DNA of 64,000 nucleotides from a virus (Duplodnaviria; Caudoviricetes): IMG/VR virus record IMGVR_UViG_3300018475_000011, positions 1 to 64,000 of that record; one strand, 5' to 3'. Shown piece by piece: positions 7,447 to 18,183 of this stretch (position 1 is its first letter; each line of letters starts with the position of its first letter). The notes under the pieces were generated by a model. It saw only the letters and a program-made list of their open reading frames with translations, ran no database searches and was not told where the DNA came from. The position numbers and the translations under genes were made by a program.

Positions 7447-10359
7447 ATGACGTTGACACAAACCACACAAACAGAAATGGCTAAATCGGGCTTAACACAA
7501 ACAGAATGGATTGTGATAATTGCAATCGTATCAGCTTTGGTACTTGCAATGTTAATTACTTTCATTGTTGTTTTAGTAAAGCAAAAGAAGAAAAAGAAGG
7601 TTGAGCTTCAAAAGGCAGAAGAAGAGAAAAAGGCAGAAGAGAACGTCACGACAAGTAATGATACGGAAAAGCCAAACGATGATTACGATTTGAAAGATAG
7701 CGAAATATCTAATAATAAGAATGACGAAATATTTGATAAAACGGAAGATGTTGCCGTTGTTCTATCTGATAAAGAAAAGAAGAAACTTGCCAAAGCAGAT
7801 GCCAAAGCAGAAAAGGCAAGGCTGAAAGCGGAAGCAAAAGAAGAGAAGTTGAAAAAGAAGTTGCCACCCAAAAAAGACCTTCCCAAAAAGAAGAAAAAAT
7901 CAGCAACCATAGCCCGTACAGTTCAAGAAATTTTGGACTTTGAAGCAATCACAACGGACGGCATTATCATTTCTAAGAGTGATTATTCAAAGCTCTATCG
8001 CTTGATTGATAGCAATTTTGTGACCGAACCCGAAGAGAAACAAAAAGAAGTATTGGAAAATTATATAAAATTAGTAAATCGCTTCCCCGATAATGTAACC
8101 ATGAGTATTGTTATCGTTAATAAAGCGAACAATATGGCAGAGTTATCGCACGCTTATCATTTGGAAGAGCGGGGCGACGGACACGATAAGTACAGAAACG
8201 AATACAATTCTATAATTGACAAGAAGATTACGGAAGGTCGAAACGATATTACGAAGGAGAAGTACATTCTCTTAATTGCTAATGAACGTAGCTTGTCCGA
8301 TGCGGAAGAAACATTTATCACATTGGACGCATCATTATCCGATGCTGTTAAGTCAATTAATAAAGTAGGAATTACTCCCGTTACCGCAATCGAAAGATTG
8401 GCGATTATAAGAGAGATTTTGAATGGTAGTAACATTCTTCCATTTGAAAAAGAATATGCTAAATTTATCGAACATATTGCCGACGGAGAAGGTAATGAAA
8501 CAACCGCTCTTAATTTAAGAGCAATGAAAAAGGCGGGCTTTACAATCAAGGATTTGGTTGTGCCACAAACCATTACACGCACACGCCAAAACCTTATGTT
8601 AGGCGAAGAAAGATATTGTCGTTCTTTGACATTCCATAATATTCAGCAACAGCTTGATACATCGTTTTTAACCAAAGCGACGAACTTACCTAACGAAATG
8701 GTAACGGTGGTACAGCTTAGAAGTGTGCCTAGAAAGAAAGCCGTTAATATGGTTAAGATGCAAAATACATCTATTAAAGCAGATGTTATTAAGGCAAGCC
8801 AAACCGCATATAAAAACGGATATGACCCTTCTCTTATGGACGAAGATTTACAGAACGCCCAAAAAGAAGCTAAGAAGCTCCGTAATGATGTAGTCAATGG
8901 CGGTAAAAAGTTATTTTACGCTACAATGTGCGTTACGATTTTTGCCGAAAACGAAACAGAATTAAAGCCTATTATTAATCAGTACAATTCGATTTGCTCC
9001 GATTTTACTATTACGCCTAGTTATTTAATAGGACAGCAGATACAAGGGCTTAATACCGCTACGATGTGTAGCACAAGTAAGATTATTGTAGACCGAATGC
9101 TTACAAGCGATGATACAAGAGCGTTATTTCCATTTAATATTCAAGAATTGCAAGACCGTAAGGGACATTTTTACGGCATCAATGCAATTTCAAAGAATAT
9201 GATTATGTATGACCGTAAGAGAAGTAAATTGGCTAACGGTTTAATTTTCGGACAATCGGGTTCGGGTAAATCCTTCTTGGGTAAGGGCGAAATTATCCCG
9301 AATATCCTTGATACCGATGATGATATCATTATCCTTGACCCCGAAAACGAATACCGTGTTGTAGCTGAAAAATTCAAAGATATGTCGGTAGTAATCGACT
9401 TTGAATTAAAATCCGATTACTGTATTAATCCATGCGATATGTCTATGGAATGGAACGACCCAAAGGCTACTCCATTAGCTGAAAAGTGTGACTACATGGT
9501 TGGTTTGGTTGAAAGTATTATGGGTCGTGGCAGAGAGTGTAATTCATTTGAAGTAAATGCAATCCATAAGGCGACAGAAGCAATGTATGCAGAATATATT
9601 GACATTATGACGCAACGCAAAAACGACGGAAACCCCGTTGATATTGACACCGAAATATGTCCCACATTGGTAGACTTTTATCGTTGCTTGGAAGCTCAAA
9701 GAACACCCGAAGCTAACAAGATTGTCAACCAAATTGAGCCATATTGTATCGGACAGTACAATATATTTGCTCACAAAACCAATGTTCCTACGGATAATCG
9801 AATTACGGTATACAACCTTTTGTCTTTGCCCGAAAAGATGAAGGAAATGGCAATGAAGGTGTGCTTGTCTAATATTTGGAACAGAATTGTGAAAAACAGA
9901 GATATGAACGAAAAATATGGATTAAATAAATCTATATGGGTTTATATGGACGAATTTCACTTGTTCTTCCAAACCGAAGCAAGTGTCAATACGATTATGG
10001 CGTATTGGAAACGTGTGAGAAAGTTTGGCGGTATTTTAACGGGCTTAACGCAAGATTGTTCAGACCTTTTAAGAACACAACAAGGAACGGCAATGTTTAA
10101 TAATACGGGATTTTTCGTATTCTTGAATCAATCGCCTATCGGTAGAAGTCAATTACAGCAATTATATGGTATTTCAGATACGCTTATTGATTACATTAAG
10201 GATAAGCCACAAGGACAAGGCTTGATTTATAACGGTTCTGTTTTGATTCCGTTTGACTACAAGCTCCCGACAGACAATGAGCTTTATCGTATCATGTCAA
10301 CCAATCCTAACGATAAAAAGGTTCGTAAAGAGCGTGAAGAAGATGATGAAGTAATTTAG
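7447..10359 (+). CDS. virB4: VirB4-family conjugation ATPase with an N-terminal TM segment
   Basis: NGLIFGQSGSGKS Walker A, IILDPENEY, VYMDEFH Walker B, WKRVRKFGG. Confidence 0.95.
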   Translation: MTLTQTTQTEMAKSGLTQTEWIVIIAIVSALVLAMLITFIVVLVKQKKKKKVELQKAEEEKKAEENVTTSNDTEKPNDDYDLKDSEISNNKNDEIFDKTEDVAVVLSDKEKKKLAKADAKAEKARLKAEAKEEKLKKKLPPKKDLPKKKKKSATIARTVQEILDFEAITTDGIIISKSDYSKLYRLIDSNFVTEPEEKQKEVLENYIKLVNRFPDNVTMSIVIVNKANNMAELSHAYHLEERGDGHDKYRNEYNSIIDKKITEGRNDITKEKYILLIANERSLSDAEETFITLDASLSDAVKSINKVGITPVTAIERLAIIREILNGSNILPFEKEYAKFIEHIADGEGNETTALNLRAMKKAGFTIKDLVVPQTITRTRQNLMLGEERYCRSLTFHNIQQQLDTSFLTKATNLPNEMVTVVQLRSVPRKKAVNMVKMQNTSIKADVIKASQTAYKNGYDPSLMDEDLQNAQKEAKKLRNDVVNGGKKLFYATMCVTIFAENETELKPIINQYNSICSDFTITPSYLIGQQIQGLNTATMCSTSKIIVDRMLTSDDTRALFPFNIQELQDRKGHFYGINAISKNMIMYDRKRSKLANGLIFGQSGSGKSFLGKGEIIPNILDTDDDIIILDPENEYRVVAEKFKDMSVVIDFELKSDYCINPCDMSMEWNDPKATPLAEKCDYMVGLVESIMGRGRECNSFEVNAIHKATEAMYAEYIDIMTQRKNDGNPVDIDTEICPTLVDFYRCLEAQRTPEANKIVNQIEPYCIGQYNIFAHKTNVPTDNRITVYNLLSLPEKMKEMAMKVCLSNIWNRIVKNRDMNEKYGLNKSIWVYMDEFHLFFQTEASVNTIMAYWKRVRKFGGILTGLTQDCSDLLRTQQGTAMFNNTGFFVFLNQSPIGRSQLQQLYGISDTLIDYIKDKPQGQGLIYNGSVLIPFDYKLPTDNELYRIMSTNPNDKKVRKEREEDDEVI

Positions 10360-10384
10360 TCTTTTATCTAATAAAGACAATACA

Positions 10385-10428
10385 TAAACGCTCAAATATG
10401 CTACGATATTAGTGTATTTGGGCGTTTA
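10385..10428 (+). terminator. Long hairpin after virB4
   Basis: TAAACGCTCAAATATGCTA / TAGTGTATTTGGGCGTTTA; the mismatches are G-U pairs. Confidence 0.6.
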
Positions 10429-10571
10429 TTATAGGAGATGAAGAATGAATATACACGACGAAGATATTGAGAAGTTTATAAATAATATCCCTTATTATAA
10501 AAACAACCAAAATTATTGTTTGGGAAATTCCATGAAGGAAGCGGGAAAAATAATAGGGATTATAGTAGATA

Positions 10572-11003
10572 ATGCGGAGAGTAGCAATGTGGAAATGGAT
10601 TAGCGAAGCGGTAAACCGTAATGCTTATTTTATTGTGGGCGACAATGAAAGAAGCAAAGAATTGGCATCGGAAACATTAGTTTATTTAGTGGAAAACAAG
10701 ACTATTGCCGAAAAGATATACGCTTCTAAAAGCGTTCCCTTTCTTATTAAAGTAATGAAGGCAATCTGTCAAGAAGAAACTATTATAGAAACATTTGGAA
10801 AAAGTGGGTCAACCCAAAAGGTACATTATTCATTTTATAAGAAAATGAAAAAAATAAGCGACGAATACGGAATACCATTAATCGAAAAAAACGCTTATAT
10901 ATTTTATGCTTTGTGCCAAACGCCTTCGGTAACGTATGCACAAAACATCATAAGGAACGCACTTGACATTAAATTTGTGGCACTCGATGAAAATAAATAT
11001 TAG
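10572..11003 (+). CDS. Hypothetical protein, weak sigma-70 region 2 resemblance
   Basis: AYFIVGDNERSKELASETLVYL pattern. Confidence 0.5.
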   Translation: MRRVAMWKWISEAVNRNAYFIVGDNERSKELASETLVYLVENKTIAEKIYASKSVPFLIKVMKAICQEETIIETFGKSGSTQKVHYSFYKKMKKISDEYGIPLIEKNAYIFYALCQTPSVTYAQNIIRNALDIKFVALDENKY

Positions 11004-11014
11004 GAAGGAACATT

Positions 11015-12088
11015 ATGATATTAGACCTTTATAAAAGCGAAAAGCCGATAACACTTCCGATAAAAGAAGTATATACCGACAAAAACGGATATCCGAATGA
11101 AAAAGCATTTTATCATTTTTTGAAAAAGAAAAAGGATATGATAAAAGAAACACCATATTGTATAGTATGTATAAATATTGACTTGCGTAAGGCAAATGCT
11201 CATAGCTATACATTTGGAGATTATGTACTAAGAAAGATTGTAACAGAATTATCTGATTATTATATATTTAGAATACAAGGCGAAAAGTTCAATATTTTGG
11301 TTGAACAAGATAGGCTAAACGAATTAAAATGCAAATTAGATGAACCGAATGAAAATTATGAAATATATTACGGGGCAATCAACAAGCCGTTTAATGTTGA
11401 TTCCGAAGAAGAAATAAAAGCATCGGTTAAAGAAGCCGTTGCCCTTATGTTTGAACACAAGTGCCATAAGCACAATGACGAAAAAGGCATTATCGGTGAC
11501 AAAGGAAATACGCCACTTGAATTGCGTGAAACAACAACGAAAAAATATCGTAATACAATGTGGTATAGCGTCGTTAAAGTACAGATAACAGAACCGACAT
11601 TTGATGAATTTACCGTATACGTTTTTCCGACGGAACTAAAACAACCATTACAAAGCATACCGTCTGTTGTTGTATTATATGATAACATGAATTATAGAGT
11701 ATTTTATTCCAACAATGTTACTTTTGGAAAAAGCGATGTTCTGTTTACAGTAACGGCAAGATTTGATAGGGAAGGACATCTAAATACGGCTATATACAAT
11801 ACGGGTGGAAAGTGTCAGTATAAAATAGATACACATGAAGGGGTATGTATTCCCGTTAATTTCGGTAAACGTATATCCCACACGAAAGAAATATATCCGA
11901 TTCGCAAAAACTTACAAGGATATTGCGATTATGTATTGTTTGAGCGGGGAAATGTAACGCTTAATACAGAAGGCATCGTGACATCTGCAAGTGGTACGCA
12001 ATACGGCGTTTTCATGGATAATACAGCAATAGATTTGGTTAAATTGGAAACTACAAAAGACGTTAGAAGCTATGAACAAATGAGATAA
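11015..12088 (+). CDS. Degenerate GGDEF-domain protein
   Basis: CINIDLRKANAHSYTFGDYVLRKI...FRIQGEKFNIL follows the GGDEF scaffold, with QGEKF at the active site. Confidence 0.7.
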   Translation: MILDLYKSEKPITLPIKEVYTDKNGYPNEKAFYHFLKKKKDMIKETPYCIVCINIDLRKANAHSYTFGDYVLRKIVTELSDYYIFRIQGEKFNILVEQDRLNELKCKLDEPNENYEIYYGAINKPFNVDSEEEIKASVKEAVALMFEHKCHKHNDEKGIIGDKGNTPLELRETTTKKYRNTMWYSVVKVQITEPTFDEFTVYVFPTELKQPLQSIPSVVVLYDNMNYRVFYSNNVTFGKSDVLFTVTARFDREGHLNTAIYNTGGKCQYKIDTHEGVCIPVNFGKRISHTKEIYPIRKNLQGYCDYVLFERGNVTLNTEGIVTSASGTQYGVFMDNTAIDLVKLETTKDVRSYEQMR

Positions 12089-12099
12089 GGAGAAAGAAT

Positions 12100-12744
12100 A
12101 TGATTAGCGTAATTGAAAATATCGACAATGCGGTTGCAATGAACGAATTAAAAGAGTGCTTGGTAAAATGTTCCGATTGCTCCGTAGTAGTATCACTTAA
12201 ACAGTTTTCGGAAAGATTAGACGGCGGGCTAAATCAAATTGACATTAATAAAGAAGCATATCCCGTCAAATCTAAAATTAACATTAACGGGGAATACATA
12301 TATCTCGAATTATCATGCGGGGAAGATATAATCAACTTAAAGAAAATTAGAAAATATTGGCAAACATATAATGAACGGGGTCACTCTCGTTATATGGAAG
12401 GTAAGGCAAACGATTATGCCGTTTTAATTGATTTGGCTAAAATCGAAGAAAAAGAAGGCATGGCGTTTTTAATATCCTTCATAAATCCTATTTTTATGGG
12501 GCTTGATTCCGATGATAAAACACTTGAAATGGCAATCCCGCTTAATAGCATGAGATTTGAAAAGTCACAAATAGATGTTTATGCTATTGATGAAGAAATT
12601 AAATATGAAGTTGAAGTCGAAGGCTTGGAAAGATTAAAAACCGAACCCGACGAATACGGAGAGAAAGAAGAATTTGATGAAAATGATTTCGTATTGTCAA
12701 ATGACGACGTTATTTCCAACGAAGATTTACTCAATCTTGATTAA
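12100..12744 (+). CDS. Hypothetical protein with acidic C-terminus
   Basis: AAGGAGA RBS, 214 aa. Confidence 0.75.
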   Translation: MISVIENIDNAVAMNELKECLVKCSDCSVVVSLKQFSERLDGGLNQIDINKEAYPVKSKININGEYIYLELSCGEDIINLKKIRKYWQTYNERGHSRYMEGKANDYAVLIDLAKIEEKEGMAFLISFINPIFMGLDSDDKTLEMAIPLNSMRFEKSQIDVYAIDEEIKYEVEVEGLERLKTEPDEYGEKEEFDENDFVLSNDDVISNEDLLNLD

Positions 12745-12762
12745 AGGGGCGAATGATAAAAA

Positions 12763-15700
12763 ATGAGCATCGGAAGAACACTACTTGAAACCGATTCGTT
12801 TATCAGCAATGATATGATTGCAAAATTAACAAATGTCTTTGCTGAAAGTAATGAGATTCAAAAAGATAAAATGTTTGCCGAAAAGCACGGCATAAACCAT
12901 TCGGAATATAAATCGGAAGATTATGTGCGTGTGGCGTTCAAAAAAGAAGCAGATATGCACGACTTCACGCAAGCCATGAAAAAAGAAGGCGTTGAAGATA
13001 TCGTAACTACTACATATAGATATAACGGTCAATTTATTGCTGAAATGCCACGGCAAGCAACCGAATCCGTATCAGCTAATCTTCTTATTGAAAATTATGA
13101 GCGAACAACGGGATATAAGGTCGGAGAAGCAAAAGACGAATATCACGATAGGGGAATGGAAAGCGGGGAAAAGGCAGAACAATCTCTTGCAAGAGAAGTA
13201 TTGCTGAAATACCTTGACGGAGCTAACGAAGTCATGTCGCCCATTATGGACGTTGTTTATTGGGCTGAAATGAAGGCGTATCAAGATGATTATAGTAGTG
13301 GTACAAATATCTATAAGCACAAAGCAAACAATGACGGCGAAATATCCATGTCGGCAGATGTGGGTCGAAATTCGGAACGGGCAATAGTTCTCAATAATGA
13401 TACCGTTGTAATAAACGGACAAATTGTTACCGACGATAAAATCCGTGACAATATTCTAAAACAACACGAAGAGCGAATGGCATACGCTAATGATGCTAGG
13501 AATTTTAGCGGGTCGGACGATGTTTGGATAACATCACAAAATCTCCGTCGGGAACACAATGCTATGCAAGTGGGAGCAAATCAGCTCAATGATACGGCTG
13601 ATTTATATGGTAGATTACTTGCAAAACAGCAAAACAATGGGTTATCAAATATAGAAACAAATCAATTAAATGAAGCAAAAAACAAACTCGATGAATACAA
13701 GGGAATCAGCGGGTTTGATTTTGATGTTCAGCTTCAATATGACGCATCTAAATCACTGTATACATACACAACTAAAAATTTATCAACAACAGATTTCAAA
13801 GCTAATAATGAGAATATATTAAGAGCCATTGAGAATACGGGCTATCCCATTCGTAACCGTGGCGGTGTTTTCGATACAGATATGTTCAAAAACATTAATC
13901 CAACAGACTATACGGCATTGGGATTAACTCCACAAATGGCAGATATGATTATTGACGTAAATGCTAATGTGCATAAGCTCACGCCAAAGCAAGAATTGGC
14001 TGAAAAAATAAAGGAAAGCGTATATAGGCAAGAATATACATACGAAGCTCATAAAGCCAACGATTATAAGGAATTGGCATTCTGCCAATGGAGCTACGGA
14101 AGTTTAGCGGATATAACACAAGCACTAAACGAAGGAAATATTGCCTTAAAGGTTTCCAATACCGAAAAAATGCAAAGCACATTTAGTAGAGATGAAATAA
14201 ATTTATTTCACGACAAACTTAATGATGCGGGCATAAGTGAAATCGTATTATATGAAGATACGAATTTTGCTCTTAAAGCATTGGACGTTAAGTACAATGC
14301 TGATATTGCAGACATAAACAAGCGATTAGCTGAAATAAAAAAAGATAAAAAGATGTTGAAAGGTTCTACCAATCCAAACGCCGTAAAGGAATACGCAAAA
14401 TTGGAAAGAGAAGAGCGTCAACTTAATAATAAAAAAGTAGAGCTTGCACGGGATAAGAAAGTCGTTGAAGATATCATAAAAAACATTACCCTAAACATGA
14501 CGGATAAAGATAAGGTAATGCTAAGCGATTCATCAAAAGAAATATTAAAAGATTTGTCGCTTTCAGATACATTTAAGGGACTTAAAATACCCGTAGGCGA
14601 ATTAAAAATGGAAAACTTGATAGCCATAAATGAAGCGTTCTTAAAAAAGGGAGCGTCGTTAGGGTATCAGTTTATTAAGATTGACGGTACATTTGATATT
14701 AAATTATTAAAGAGTTTATCTGCCAAAGAATTGCGGGATAAATTCGGCATATCGACAGCTACAAGAGATATGCTTGTTAAAATAAATGAACGTGGAAATT
14801 GGGGGCATACGGGAAGTACGGTCGGCAACATAACGGGACAATTACTTACCAAAATATTTTACAGTACAGAAGATGAAACAATGCAACAAATCAATCAAGT
14901 ACGACTGTCCGTAAAGTATACGACAGATATTGTTAAAACAATTAGACGTTCAAGCAATATTAACGTAGATGATTGGTTGAGAGCAAGAAGAGAGCGGGCA
15001 AGAGCAAATAGGACTAATTCAAATCCCGCCAAAGCGGGCAAGAAAAAGCCTAAAGTAAAAAGAGAAGGTACTGTAAATCCCGTAGGAACGGGAAGAGCTG
15101 ACCGCTATATACATAATCAAGAGAGAACATTTAGAAAAATAGAACGCAATAAAAAATCTATAAGAGCGAAATTCTCTAGGGCTTATCAGAGAGTTCAAGA
15201 AGCCGTTGCAAAATCTATTTTTGGTAAAGTGGCATCTGCTCTTTCAAAGGCATTATTTGGTTTGTTGAAATTAGTGGCTATTGCTTGTTTGTTATTAGGA
15301 ATAATTATAGGCTGTGTTTTATTAATTATTGTTATCATATATTTTCTCATATCATCATTTTTAAGTATTAATCCGCAAGCAATTATAAATAATCTGCTTG
15401 CTCCCGATACATACGCTGATACAGTAGCATATCAATTATATGAAGTTTTGTCTATTCACGAAGAAGATTTTTTAGACCAAGTAACTGATTTGGACGATAT
15501 GTATGAGAATAGGGCAACGCTTAAATATGGGGCTAGATATGAAGATTTTTCAACATACATAGCAAGAGAACCACGAATAATAGAAACCGATGAAGGTTTG
15601 CGAATTAATCCGTTTAGTAATTACGGTTGCGTAACAATGGATAATCATAGGTCGCACATGACAAGGGTTGACGATTATAATGGCTTAACACGATATGAAA

Positions 15701-18102
15701 TTGTTACGAATCCAAACGCTTATACCAAAATAACTAACGAAGAAATATATATGAAATCCATTGAAACGGGACATACAAGCAACATAAAAGATATAATATG
15801 TATGGTCGATGTAATGTATAATATGTCAATGGAAGAAAATTCGGACGACGGAATGACAAACATATTGGGAATGTCGCCCGCACAAATAAATTGGAACAAT
15901 TTTTGTGAAAAAGTAAAAAATGTTTTCAAGTGGCTTGGAAATGTCGTGAGCGGATTTTTCAATCCCGATAGTCCACCGCCATTTGTATATGTAGATACCG
16001 TAAGCTATAAGACTATTCAAAATTATGCAACAACATTATTTGAATGTTCGCATCAGCAAACGATTAATCTCAATCTTGCTTTTTATGATGTAAAACGACA
16101 GCTAATTGTGACGGACGGGGAGAGTGAATATAACGCCACGCAAACAAAGTTAGGGTCGGCGTATGGATTGTGTTCAGACCCCGAAACCGAAATCTTCAAA
16201 ATAAGATATGATTCATCAGCCAACAAGGTAAGTCCTTATATAACAAATGCGTCGGGTGTAGGCTATAATTTGGACGAAGGACACTTTGACGTTAATATAG
16301 ATATGTCTATGATTTGCGGTGGTGCAAGCAACACTCCTTGTATATATGCGGATTGGGGAAGTAATCAAGACACATTTAACTCAATCGCAAATATGGTTAA
16401 TGCGGGCGACATTTATTGTTGGACTAGAAATGCTAGTCAAGAAGAAACGCCTATTTATCAAACATTTACATCTACTACAAGCTACGACGATGCAATTCAA
16501 CAAGGACATAATTGGTCGGATTCTTATACTCCACCGTCTGCTACATTTGATTTATCTACCAATATGCTTATTATGGACGTAGTGGCATATCGTAAAGACG
16601 AAAGCTATGTAACAGATGAATACGAAGTTAATTATGCTGTGACAGATGAAAACGGCGACTTGCAATACGACGATGAAGGCATATTGGTAACGGACTATTA
16701 TACAGTTTATGAGTGTACTTATACATGGGGATATGAAGTCGAAAGCCAATATTGTCGTGATTGCCAAGGACATAACTTCAATTACTGTGGCGGTCATATA
16801 GAAGTTTATTCACAAGGCGTTGTTTATTCTGCAACTAATGAGCAAATAGCTTTAGTATCAGCAAACACCAATGGAACAGCTCCGTGCGTTCCTTCATTTG
16901 TGGAAGATAAAGAAGCTATGGGCTACGGACAACTTATGGGAAAAATAGACGGAGATACACTTGATAAGTCTGATATATATAGGGCAAGTCAAACGGGAAG
17001 CGTCCCCGTTCCTACCGTTAGCATACAAGGTAGTTATTCGGGAAGTCGTGGCTTGAATCTATGGATTGACGGTGGCGAATGGAGCAGAAGCGACGACGGA
17101 ATGTTGGGAGATAGGCAATATCCGCAATTTACAATGGATATCTTCGATGTTGATACAGCACTTGATAAGGGGGCTAAAATATTCCCGTTAAATCACTTTT
17201 CAAAATTTGAAGGGTGGACGGCAGAAAACATGGAATTTGCTTTAACTAAAATGACTATGGATTGGCATGAAGCGTATGGTTTTGACATTCCGTGGGAATT
17301 AAGTGGATATTCAAATGATTCTCCATTATCAGCAGATGATATTAACGCAATCGTTGATTCTTTGAGAATGCGATACGGAACATCATTTACACAAGAAAGA
17401 GAAGATTGCGTAAGGCTTGTATTGTCGTGGGTTAATAGGGGACATTATGTAGAAGGACATGAATCGCATTGCTTTTTATCTGAATATTGCAATTCTGTAT
17501 ATGGAATAGAAGTTTGCAATCCCGACGGTACAGTACATCATACCGTACAGCGTCAAGGTAATTGTACGGCGGGAACAGATATTGATTTTGCTAATTATAT
17601 ATACAAATATTTTGGCAAAGTATCTCATAGAAGAAGTAGTTTTGTTATGAACGCTAATGTTGTTTCGGGACAATATTGGAGTGGTGTATTACCCGCCGAC
17701 ATTGTAGTTCATGAAGGCGTTATGACGCAACGTGGTACTTATGAAAATATCATGGCAATAAGCAAGAGCGGTTGGCAAAATGCGGGATATAATAGCATGG
17801 CAGAATGTTTCGGAATGATGATGTCGTCATGGGAAGCTAAAACCGTAGCGGAGCGTTATGTAAAAGACCAAACCGTAATTTATCTTGGAATGGTTAATTT
17901 TGATATTGTTCTTTCAACGGGACAAGTGGTAAAAGCAAATACACCTATCTTAGTCGATATGCAGAGAAATAACGTCGGTGGTTCTATTACATTGCATACT
18001 CGTCCTAGTGATAGTTACGAATATCTTACATCGGGTAGCGAAAATGTTTATTATTGGGCTGACCATTTAGACGGAAGAGTAACATATTATCCATTTGATT
18101 AA
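12763..18102 (+). CDS. Giant membrane-spanning conjugation protein with an NlpC/P60-like C-terminus (VirB1-like role)
   Basis: One central TM segment, YCGGH motif, C-terminal TDIDFANYIY...VLPADIVVH...TVIYLG; located in the tra region. Confidence 0.6.
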   Translation: MSIGRTLLETDSFISNDMIAKLTNVFAESNEIQKDKMFAEKHGINHSEYKSEDYVRVAFKKEADMHDFTQAMKKEGVEDIVTTTYRYNGQFIAEMPRQATESVSANLLIENYERTTGYKVGEAKDEYHDRGMESGEKAEQSLAREVLLKYLDGANEVMSPIMDVVYWAEMKAYQDDYSSGTNIYKHKANNDGEISMSADVGRNSERAIVLNNDTVVINGQIVTDDKIRDNILKQHEERMAYANDARNFSGSDDVWITSQNLRREHNAMQVGANQLNDTADLYGRLLAKQQNNGLSNIETNQLNEAKNKLDEYKGISGFDFDVQLQYDASKSLYTYTTKNLSTTDFKANNENILRAIENTGYPIRNRGGVFDTDMFKNINPTDYTALGLTPQMADMIIDVNANVHKLTPKQELAEKIKESVYRQEYTYEAHKANDYKELAFCQWSYGSLADITQALNEGNIALKVSNTEKMQSTFSRDEINLFHDKLNDAGISEIVLYEDTNFALKALDVKYNADIADINKRLAEIKKDKKMLKGSTNPNAVKEYAKLEREERQLNNKKVELARDKKVVEDIIKNITLNMTDKDKVMLSDSSKEILKDLSLSDTFKGLKIPVGELKMENLIAINEAFLKKGASLGYQFIKIDGTFDIKLLKSLSAKELRDKFGISTATRDMLVKINERGNWGHTGSTVGNITGQLLTKIFYSTEDETMQQINQVRLSVKYTTDIVKTIRRSSNINVDDWLRARRERARANRTNSNPAKAGKKKPKVKREGTVNPVGTGRADRYIHNQERTFRKIERNKKSIRAKFSRAYQRVQEAVAKSIFGKVASALSKALFGLLKLVAIACLLLGIIIGCVLLIIVIIYFLISSFLSINPQAIINNLLAPDTYADTVAYQLYEVLSIHEEDFLDQVTDLDDMYENRATLKYGARYEDFSTYIAREPRIIETDEGLRINPFSNYGCVTMDNHRSHMTRVDDYNGLTRYEIVTNPNAYTKITNEEIYMKSIETGHTSNIKDIICMVDVMYNMSMEENSDDGMTNILGMSPAQINWNNFCEKVKNVFKWLGNVVSGFFNPDSPPPFVYVDTVSYKTIQNYATTLFECSHQQTINLNLAFYDVKRQLIVTDGESEYNATQTKLGSAYGLCSDPETEIFKIRYDSSANKVSPYITNASGVGYNLDEGHFDVNIDMSMICGGASNTPCIYADWGSNQDTFNSIANMVNAGDIYCWTRNASQEETPIYQTFTSTTSYDDAIQQGHNWSDSYTPPSATFDLSTNMLIMDVVAYRKDESYVTDEYEVNYAVTDENGDLQYDDEGILVTDYYTVYECTYTWGYEVESQYCRDCQGHNFNYCGGHIEVYSQGVVYSATNEQIALVSANTNGTAPCVPSFVEDKEAMGYGQLMGKIDGDTLDKSDIYRASQTGSVPVPTVSIQGSYSGSRGLNLWIDGGEWSRSDDGMLGDRQYPQFTMDIFDVDTALDKGAKIFPLNHFSKFEGWTAENMEFALTKMTMDWHEAYGFDIPWELSGYSNDSPLSADDINAIVDSLRMRYGTSFTQEREDCVRLVLSWVNRGHYVEGHESHCFLSEYCNSVYGIEVCNPDGTVHHTVQRQGNCTAGTDIDFANYIYKYFGKVSHRRSSFVMNANVVSGQYWSGVLPADIVVHEGVMTQRGTYENIMAISKSGWQNAGYNSMAECFGMMMSSWEAKTVAERYVKDQTVIYLGMVNFDIVLSTGQVVKANTPILVDMQRNNVGGSITLHTRPSDSYEYLTSGSENVYYWADHLDGRVTYYPFD

Positions 18103-18108
18103 TTATTA

Positions 18109-18133
18109 TGCGGGGGATTTCAATATCTCCCGC
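18109..18133 (+). terminator. Intrinsic terminator
   Basis: GCGGGGGAT-TTCAAT-ATCTCCCGC. Confidence 0.6.
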
Positions 18134-18183
18134 AAAAGAAAACAAAAAAATACCTATATATATGATAAGGGGTATATTATTAT

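Noticed and set aside
10385-10428. oriT candidate (TAGTGTATT inside a hairpin)
   Set aside because: The mismatches are all G-U compatible, favouring an RNA hairpin; the match to the nick motif is partial.
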